From Trichoplax sp. H2 (Eukaryota): a stretch of 64,000 bases of DNA. The stretch's first letter is position 1, and each line of letters starts with the position of its first letter. This document shows, piece after piece, positions 18,044 to 26,566 of the stretch. The notes under the pieces are model-generated. The model worked only from the letters and a program-made list of their open reading frames with translations, did no database searches and was not told where the DNA came from. Where the stretch lies: positions 124,001-188,000 of the forward strand of contig NOWV01000027.1 in the NCBI GenBank assembly GCA_003344405.1. Direction: 5' to 3'. A program made the position numbers and the translations under genes.

Positions 18044-18649
18044 CGGGCAAAACATTTTCCAGTTTATTTAATCCTAGAGTGTAATTTTTGGAAATCTTGA
18101 TCTAAATTACGATATACCAGTAAATTTAAAGCATAAGATTAGAATATCAGCTTCAGAAATTACTCTAGTAATCGATATTATAGCGTATATTTATTTTGCA
18201 ATGCAGTAGTACTGACACATAATGTAAGCATGTAAAACACTATGTATTTAAAATTAATTAATAAATGAGTTATAAATATTAATCCTGAATTTTAGTAATA
18301 GCCTGATAATACAAAAATTAGACAACCTTAGAGAATGATTAGCAATATTTTAAGAATTGCAATGGTTATAATATAGACTAGAACATAAATCGAAGCTCTC
18401 ACTGTAATATCATTAACTATTGTCTTTTACTATGTTGCAATCACAACACATTTCCATGTATAAGTAGATTACAGAGTATTAAGCAATAGAAGCTCAAAAA
18501 TGTAAATTGATTTCTATTTTAACTCTTAGATTGCATAGCTAACTAGCAGTCGTTGTTTAAAAGTAAAAGTAAGTCTCTCGACCTGTCCATTAGACCGGGG
18601 TGAGAGAGTGATAATTTCGAATGCAAAATATCATAAGATTGCTATACTT

Positions 18650-20313
18650 GTAATACTGTATTAAGGTACCCGTGTCGTGTAACTGGTCTACCTATTTTCG
18701 TATAAGTAATCGGTTAGAATATCTAATGTGATATCTCTAATCAAATTCATGAAAATATCGATAATTAACTTTTGACACTCTTAATAGACAAGATAAAGGC
18801 TAAATTTATTTTTGCATTTATATCGCAATTGTTTATTTTTACGGCACTTCCTTAAGTAATCCTTATTAACAATAACGCTTTTTAGAACACTTCACAGAGT
18901 ATAACTACAAACATTGTTTCGATCAAAACAAGATCGACTTTAGGTAATAAAAGACTTTGAATGTATTTTTCATTCAACAAGAAGCTCTAATTTTCAATAG
19001 AAATTAGAAATTAATGCGTTCTCAGTAAGAGACAATTTGTTTTAATTGAAAATAATTACGAGTATACTTATCAGTTACACTGTTATACTGTAATAAACGC
19101 CCTACCTTTTATAATCCAGTGAGACAAACGACTTAATTAAAGCGATATCCCGTATGTCTATTACGGATTATTTAACTCCTTGGCCTTTCGATATAAAAAT
19201 ACTTCAATAATAATAATTGAACTCCCGTTAAACTATATTAATCCTACAATGTGATAACATAACAGTATCGACTTTTATAATATGCCAATAATAGGAGGAT
19301 TAAGATAAGACTACAGTGGTAGAGTATAAAAACTCGTTGATATTGATTAACTGTAAATAATGATTAGATAGCAATTTATATACATGTTATGAAATGGATA
19401 TAACAAGTGTAAAGAAAACTTTATATTACGTATCTATAATTATAATTTTTAAGCTTGCAATATTTTAGGTGAAGGCTGTACAATGTTTTTCCCCCATCGT
19501 TCATCTTTATTTAGCGTTATGACCTTAACATTGATATTTTCAAAACGCGCGTTTCTTTGCATCGCTATGTACAGATTATGGACAGATGCACTGTAAACCT
19601 GTAGATTGTCGGTAAACACAAGCTGAATTTATAATTACTTAATATTTAACAGAATTGCTCCGTTAATCTGTGTATTTGGCATATTATAAAAGTCGATACT
19701 GTTATGTTATCACATTGTAGGATTAATATAGTTTAACGGGAGTTCAATTATTGTTATTGAAGTATTTTTATATCGAAAGGCCAAGGAGTTAAATAATCCG
19801 TAATAGACATACGGGATATCGCTTTAATTAAGTCGTTTGTCTCACTGGATTATAAAAGGTAGGGCGTTTATTACAGTATAACAGTGTAACTGATAAGTAA
19901 AGTATACTCGTAATTATTTTCAATAAAACAAATTACCTCTTACTGAGAACGCATTAATTTCTATTGAAAATTAGAGCTTCTTGTTGAATGAAAAATATAT
20001 TCAAAGTCTTTTATTACCTAAAGTCGATCTTGTTTTGATCGAAACAATGTTTGTAGTTATACTCTGTGAAGTGTTCTAATAAGCGTTATTGTTAATAAGG
20101 ATTACTTAAGGAAGTGCCGTAAAAATAAACAATTGCGATATAAATGCAAAAATAAATTTAGCCTTTATCTTGTCTATTAAGAGTGTCAAAAGTTAATTAT
20201 CGATATTTTCATGAATTTGATTAGAGATATCACATTAGATATTTTATAACCGATTACTTATACGAAAATAGGTAGACCAGTTACACGACACGGGTACCTT
20301 AATACAGTATTAC
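18650..20313. repeat. Long inverted repeat, ~640-bp near-identical arms (18650-19288 and 19676-20313) with a ~390-bp spacer
   Basis: gtaatactgtattaaggtacccgtgtcg at 18650 is the reverse complement of the sequence ending at 20313; the match continues inward to aatatgccaa / ttggcatatt, with only a few substitutions and short indels. Confidence 0.95.
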
Positions 20314-20583
20314 GTTGTACATACCTATTAGATTACAATTCATGTTATTTTAGCTATTGCATAGCAAATAATAACAACCATTGATCGCTATCCCTCCCTA
20401 AAATAGTTATTGTCCTTCTGATGGTAATGCATAATGGCTAAGATAACTCGTGCCGTTGCTGCAGTAAATTTGATATTAGCGATAGCCTACGTCGTCATAG
20501 CAATAGCATGGGGCCAATTATTATATCCGATAAATCCTTCTTCTCAATCAGCGGAACTATTGGCTGAAATCCCCATCTTAATA
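20311..20583 (+). pseudogene. Duplicated 5' flank and partial exon 1 of the membrane gene (copy of 13318-13590)
   Basis: Near-identical to 13318-13590, including MAKITR.VAAVNLILAIAYVVIAIAWGQ; truncated just before the splice donor. Confidence 0.92.
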
Positions 20584-20902
20584 CGCTTACGATTACCTGT
20601 ATCATGCTTAGAAGCAATGTAAACCGTCATAATTAGCATAGTAGCGTAATACTATCCTAGTCACTATTCTTCGTGGCATTCGCCAACAATTTCTTTTGCA
20701 GTCTATTCATAATGCACCATAAGATAATATGCTACATATGCAACTGTATTATACAATACTATTAGTATAGATAGTATTGCGCTACATCAGGTAACGTCAG
20801 AACATAGCGGTACGATTAGAAGTACGTATCATGTATTATCAATAGAATCTTACGTGAGACTTAGTGAAAGGAATATTTCAGCAAACGAAAGGAAAGATCG
20901 CA

Positions 20903-23398
20903 ATGATCCAGATTAATATCAGTGAAATTCAAGCTAAATTAATAGAAGGCTATGGACTAATAAAAGATGCAAAGGGTAAAGATTTAGTACTGGTGATCGG
21001 TAATACCGGTGTGGGTAAAAGCACCTTTCTGAATTATATGCTAGGGTACAAAATGTACCAAAATGAAGAATCTGATACGGTGGAGACGGTAGAGAGAGAG
21101 TGTCCCGCACATATTGGGCATAATATGCATTCACAAACTTTGTATACACATCCGATTGCGGATAAAAATTATCCTTGGGTTTTTACCGACTGTCCGGGAT
21201 TTCTGGATAATAGAATGACCAATGATACGATTGTGACTTCCATTAGCATGGAATTAACTATTCGCATTGCAAAACAAGTCAAGGGGATTGTTATACTGAT
21301 GGATGCGACTGAGTTTTTAAGTAGTAGATTGACTGCTTTGGGTCCGTTGATGAAGATATTGATTAAATTATTTCGAGATCCAGTTGAAATGTTAAAGTAT
21401 TCTGTAATTGGTGTGACAAAACTAGATCAAATAAAGGGAGGAAAAACGAGGGCTAAGAAAATAACGTTACAAGGTTTGAATAAAATTAAAGAAGAATGTC
21501 GTAGAAGAATAAAAACTCTTGAGACAGAGAAGAGAGAAAGAGATGGAACAGATTTGATTATCAGTGAATATAAAGTGATGGAAGAGTTTACTAGTGCAGT
21601 ACTTGGTCGTAAAGATGATATCATGTTTATTGATATTCTTGATGATGGTGATTCAAAACAGCTCGTAACCGATCGTATTTGTGCCATTAGATCGAGAACT
21701 GAAGCTCAAACTGATCAGTTACCATATGATACTTCTCCACCTCCAATATCAACATCTACTAGTAATGCTCAACAAGATGCACTGCCGTTACCGCTAATTA
21801 CGATCGCAGACTTCAATTTTGAAGATTATGATATCAATAGAACAAGCTTTAATAAGGCAATTTACGATTTGGCTGGTGAAGGTAATCAGCTAATCGGTGC
21901 AATTACAGGAGCTGTAGATCAGCTTAAACGTGCGATTGATTTGTGGAATGATAACAAAAAGAGAATGACGTCGATGAAAAGATTGAGATCGGAGTTGGAC
22001 AGTTATATTTCTGCTTCTGAAGTCCCAACAAAATTAATAAACACTTGGTCAGAAATGCTTGAAGAAAATGAACAATCTATCCAGTCTGAAAAAAGAAAGA
22101 TGCAGTCTGTTAATGATCATTTAAAAAAATTTAAACAAGAATTGAATGAAATTAATACTGATAAGCCCGTGATATTTGCTGAAAAGAAGTATATCAAAAA
22201 GGAGCAATATTGGACCTATCATGAAGTCCTTTTTGATTTTGATACTGAAGATGAACGGACACCAATTGTTGATATCGATCAACGAATAGGTAATGGTTGC
22301 TGGTGCAATACAACAGATGAAAGGCGGAGAGGCCGATATAAAACGTGGTATCAATCTGACTGGTGGAAAAGTGGGGATGCTACTATGACGGTTTACATTG
22401 CTTCTAAGCATGATACAGGTAATCGTAGACGTATTAAAGATCTTCGAGTAGAAATTAGTCGATGCAAAGAGTCTTTCGACGAGTTAAATGATAACGTGCT
22501 TGAGCTTAAGAAATCTAAGGAACGCATTTCATCCAATATAACATCCGTGAAAAATGTAGTCCAGGAAGAAGTAGAGAAAGATCGCACTAATAAACTACGG
22601 CAGTGTGATGGAGATATCGAGCAATTGTCTGCGCGGATGGCAGAAAATCGGAGACGTATGGAAAAGAGTAAAGCAAAAGGTTTAGAATTATTGGAAAATT
22701 TTTACGGTGATTCTGATACTTTGAAAATGCCTGAAAAATTTGAGATTGTGCAAAGTATCAACGAGTTGCTACGGTTTCCGAGCACTTTGGTATACAAATT
22801 TATTAAGCGCTATAAAACCTTTAAAGCGAACTTTGATGTAACTAAAAGATATTTTCAGTTAGACTTAAATGAAACGGATTTGAGTCAACTTTCTCAGGAT
22901 AATACAGCAGATGAGTTAGACGATGGTGCTATTAACAAAAAAGATCCTATAACTGGTAAATGGATTAGGACACTGGTGGTAACGAAGGCAGGAACAGGAT
23001 TTGAATTATCTTCATTAATGGAGCAATTTCCTATGAATAGCGTAGGCAGTGTGTTTGAGTTTACTCATCCAACGACTGGTAAGAAAGAGCGTATTCTTTA
23101 CGGTGATTGGGCCCAACTGAATGAATCAGCTTCGCCTACATCCACTGAGGAAGAACAGATTTCTCAAGTGGATCAAGTGCTTAGTATGTCATCGAATGAT
23201 CCACAAGAACTCAACAGATTAAAACAAAGCGTAGAGGAAGAGATAGAAATGTTAAAGAAAATTATTCAAGAGCGAGAAGAACTTTTTACGAATCAACGTC
23301 AGCTAGATAAAATCACTGAGCGCCTTAAAAGGTTTACAACAGATGAAACAACAGAAGATATTAGTTCTATGGAGGATAGTTTTGAGATTTGGTGTTGA
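20903..23398 (+). CDS. Intronless large P-loop GTPase, coiled-coil, U-box-like protein (subtype A, copy 1)
   Basis: Single ~830-aa ORF from ATG 20903; G1 GNTGVGKS, G3 DCPG, G4 TKLD; heptad-rich middle; C-terminal DPITGKWIRTLVVTKAGTGFELSSL. Confidence 0.9.
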   Translation: MIQINISEIQAKLIEGYGLIKDAKGKDLVLVIGNTGVGKSTFLNYMLGYKMYQNEESDTVETVERECPAHIGHNMHSQTLYTHPIADKNYPWVFTDCPGFLDNRMTNDTIVTSISMELTIRIAKQVKGIVILMDATEFLSSRLTALGPLMKILIKLFRDPVEMLKYSVIGVTKLDQIKGGKTRAKKITLQGLNKIKEECRRRIKTLETEKRERDGTDLIISEYKVMEEFTSAVLGRKDDIMFIDILDDGDSKQLVTDRICAIRSRTEAQTDQLPYDTSPPPISTSTSNAQQDALPLPLITIADFNFEDYDINRTSFNKAIYDLAGEGNQLIGAITGAVDQLKRAIDLWNDNKKRMTSMKRLRSELDSYISASEVPTKLINTWSEMLEENEQSIQSEKRKMQSVNDHLKKFKQELNEINTDKPVIFAEKKYIKKEQYWTYHEVLFDFDTEDERTPIVDIDQRIGNGCWCNTTDERRRGRYKTWYQSDWWKSGDATMTVYIASKHDTGNRRRIKDLRVEISRCKESFDELNDNVLELKKSKERISSNITSVKNVVQEEVEKDRTNKLRQCDGDIEQLSARMAENRRRMEKSKAKGLELLENFYGDSDTLKMPEKFEIVQSINELLRFPSTLVYKFIKRYKTFKANFDVTKRYFQLDLNETDLSQLSQDNTADELDDGAINKKDPITGKWIRTLVVTKAGTGFELSSLMEQFPMNSVGSVFEFTHPTTGKKERILYGDWAQLNESASPTSTEEEQISQVDQVLSMSSNDPQELNRLKQSVEEEIEMLKKIIQEREELFTNQRQLDKITERLKRFTTDETTEDISSMEDSFEIWC

Positions 23399-23652
23399 CA
23401 ATTGGTCATGCCGACATGGGTAAAAGTCCTTTTCTCAATTACATGTTAGGCCATGAAATGCTAAAGAGCGATTTCGGGGTTATAGATATTATGGGCTCTG
23501 CTACCATTCAGATCGGTCATGGAATAGAAACTTTATTTGCTAAACCGATTGTAAGTAAGTACTATCCTTGGGTTTTTGCAGATTTATCAAGTTTTCCAGT
23601 ATACATATCATATGAGAATTCTGTTGCGGCTGCTATTAGCACTAAATTGATT
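23386..23652 (+). pseudogene. GTPase paralog fragment (B-like), overlapping the stop of copy A1
   Basis: DLVLTIGHADMGKSPFLNYMLGH...YPWVFADLSSF: degenerate G1 and G3, truncated at both ends. Confidence 0.85.
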
Positions 23653-23969
23653 GATTATATAAGAAAAAGTAATCCTTGCTAGGGTAAACAAATTAAAAAA
23701 TCTATTTTCTAGAAGTTCCCGATCCAATGTTTCGACCTCCCCTTTAATGCATCATCAACTGTTAATATGTGGTATTACGAAGTATAAACGAGAACGAGTA
23801 GATTTATCAAGGCAAGACAACGTTACTTGCGCGATTATTCTATATTCAACCGTTAAGTAATCATTAAATTGAAGTATTGCCATTAAGGGGACTTATCGCA
23901 TCGGAGCCAGTAAATCACTTTTTCTTAGCCTTTTCTAAGAAAGTATTCTATTTTATCAAGAAACAAGTT

Positions 23970-24686
23970 ATGTTGAATGTCACTTATATCCAGGAGAAGG
24001 TAGAGAAAGGCTTTGAGCAAACACGCCAAGCGAAAAAATAAATAAAAGAGACTTTCAGTAAGCTTACTAGGAGGAGTGTATCAAAGTTCCTCGTGCTAAC
24101 GTTAACGACTAAGAGTGGAAACACAACGATCGGCACGACCGGCGTTGGGAAAAGTACACTCTTAAATTATATGTTACACAATGAAATGAAATGAAAAATG
24201 AAGATAACGGGACTGTAGATGCCATAGATTCTGCAACCTTTAAGGTCGGTCATGAAATGGATTCAGAAACTTCATATGCGAAGCCAGTTATAAGCAATCA
24301 CTATCCTTGGGTTTTCACAGATTGTCCAGGTTTTTTGGATAATAGAGATCCAGACGATGCTGTTGTGACTGCAATTAGTAGTCCCCTGGCGGTTCGAAAT
24401 GCCCGTCAGGTTAAAGCTGTCGTAATATTAATAGAAATTAGTGGTATACTCCGTGCGGGACTAGAGGCATTAAGCACATTGCTGAAAGTACTGATTACAC
24501 TTTTTCACAACCCAGTCGATATGGTAAACTATTCCGTCTTCGGTATAACAAAAACAGATCTTTTGGGATTGACAGAAGACAGAGCGAAACAAAAAGTTTG
24601 GGATGCTTTTAAGAAAATCGTAAAGCATTGTGATCAAAAACTGGATACGATCAAGAAGGAGCCACAAAGAAGTGTTGAATCTCCCC
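23970..24686 (+). pseudogene. Disrupted subtype-B GTPase paralog (N-terminal third only)
   Basis: MLNVTYIQEKVEKGFEQTRQA matches the B N-terminus; unrelated insertion at about 24057-24128; frameshift near 24190; DCPGFLDNR and TKTD retained; homology stops after RSVESP. Confidence 0.88.
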
Positions 24687-24818
24687 GATATTTTTATATT
24701 ATGATTGTAACGAGATCAAGAATCTGGGATTTTGAGCTTTCCTTTCCTTTAGTCTACTTTTATTTGGAAGCCCAAGCCAAGCGCGATATCATACACACGT
24801 TAACGAGACATAAGAACT

Positions 24819-26168
24819 GTGACAACAAATCAGCTCTAGTACGAACATAACTTGAATACCATATCCAAATACACGTGAACATTTGTAGCATGTGATCTTA
24901 ATCTAGTACAGTACTGTACTGTATATAGTAGAAGCATGGAAAACCAAAATAAATTTAGGAATGCTATAATTGCATGGCGAATAAATAATGACCAAATTCT
25001 AAGTAAAAGATTGTCTTCTGTTCTACTGCTGTATTGCATGAAGATATGACCAATATGCGTATTGCCCGGCCAAAGTCCAGCAAATCCTAGATTTCGGACT
25101 TTGGCCGGGCCAATACGCGTAATGGCCGAGTCACACACGGCCAAAGCCCGATTGGCTATTGTTCACAATAATCGTAGTTTACACAGTACGTAATGTCGCC
25201 GGTAGCAACAAAGTAAGTAACATTACTGACCATATTAGCTTGCGTATTACGCGTATTGGCCGGCCTAGTTTGGTCTATACGCGTATTGGCCAACTTCGGG
25301 TTTTGGCCGTAATATCGCGCTATAAACGATATTTTGAACAGATGTAGACATTGCTACGATTGCGGAAGGACCTCTACGTACTCTTCATAGAGCAACATAG
25401 AGCTGACCATGATTAAAAAGCGGTGTTGGCAAGCATAAGCCAATCTTTTCCAGAGACTGGCATTGAGATTTATTTATTCGCGGTAATTGCAAAAGCCAAT
25501 TTCACCGTATTATTTACAGTACAGTACTGTATATTAGCATACTGTACATTAGGCCTGATCATTTTGCATAGATTTTTTTATACACTTCGTTTAAGCTGTC
25601 CTACTGATACATTAGACANNNNNNNNNNNNNNNNNNNNTGACAACAAATCAGCTCTAGTACGAACATAACTTGAATACCATATCCAAATACACGTGAACA
25701 TTTGTAGCATGTGATCTTAATCTAGTACAGTACTGTACTGTATATAGTAGAAGCATGGAAAACCAAAATAAATTTAGGAATGCTATAATTGCATGGCGAA
25801 TAAATAATGACCAAATTCTAAGTAAAAGATTGTCTTCTGTTCTACTGCTGTATTGCATGAAGATATCCCTATAAACGATATTTTGAACAGATGTAGACAT
25901 TGCTACGATTGCGGAAGGACCTCTACGTACTCTTCATAGAGCAACATAGAGCTGACCATGATTAAAAAGCGGTGTTGGCAAGCATAAGCCAATCTTTTCC
26001 AGAGACTGGCATTGAGATTTATTTATTCGCGGTAATTGCAAAAGCCAATTTTACCGTATTATTTACAGTACAGTACTGTATATTAGCATACTGTACATTA
26101 GGCCTGATCATTTTGCATAGATTTTTTTATACACTTCGTTTAAGCTGTCCTACTGATACATTAGACAT
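24819..26168. repeat. Direct duplication across an assembly gap (24819-25618 versus 25639-26168); first copy carries a ~270-bp insertion
   Basis: Near-identical sequence on both sides of the N run 25619-25638; the ORF track gives identical peptides. Confidence 0.9.
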
Positions 26169-26281
26169 GTATTGACATATCTAGAAAAAAATAAAGAAAT
26201 CGTCCAATCTCACGCGGCGCAAATCAAATTTGTGTCCTGCATCATCCCCGTGCGAGAAATTATTTTAAATGATCAGGCCTA
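26099..26281. mobile_element. hAT-type MITE, 183 bp
   Basis: 15-bp perfect TIR TAGGCCTGATCATTT ... AAATGATCAGGCCTA flanked by an 8-bp TSD CTGTACAT (26091-26098, 26282-26289). Confidence 0.85.
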
Positions 26282-26566
26282 CTGTACATGTTTTAGCGCA
26301 TTTTGCATAATTTATTGATTTTGTTGTTTGAATCGATCAGATGCGCCATAGGGCATCACCGATAAACCCCCCAAGCCAATAATCAATTCTATTTGAACCA
26401 ATCAGATGGTTAAATATGTATTTCATCCGTATATTTTAGTAATTTTTTAAAGAAAAATAAACTCAGTAGATTTAAAGAAAATAATCTCGGTAGCAAAGAA
26501 AAATTGCTACCGAGAAATAAATGTCAGTAGAAAGTGAAGTAAACTGTAAAAGGTTTCGCATAAAAG

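Noticed and set aside
20864..20902. GTG start of ORF A1 given in the ORF track
   Set aside because: Alignment with A2 and B places the start at ATG 20903.
24819..26168. Duplicated ORFs (MLASISQSF..., ...FKLCSY) as real genes
   Set aside because: They are short ORFs in a segment repeated across an N gap, most likely uncollapsed haplotypes; no protein features.
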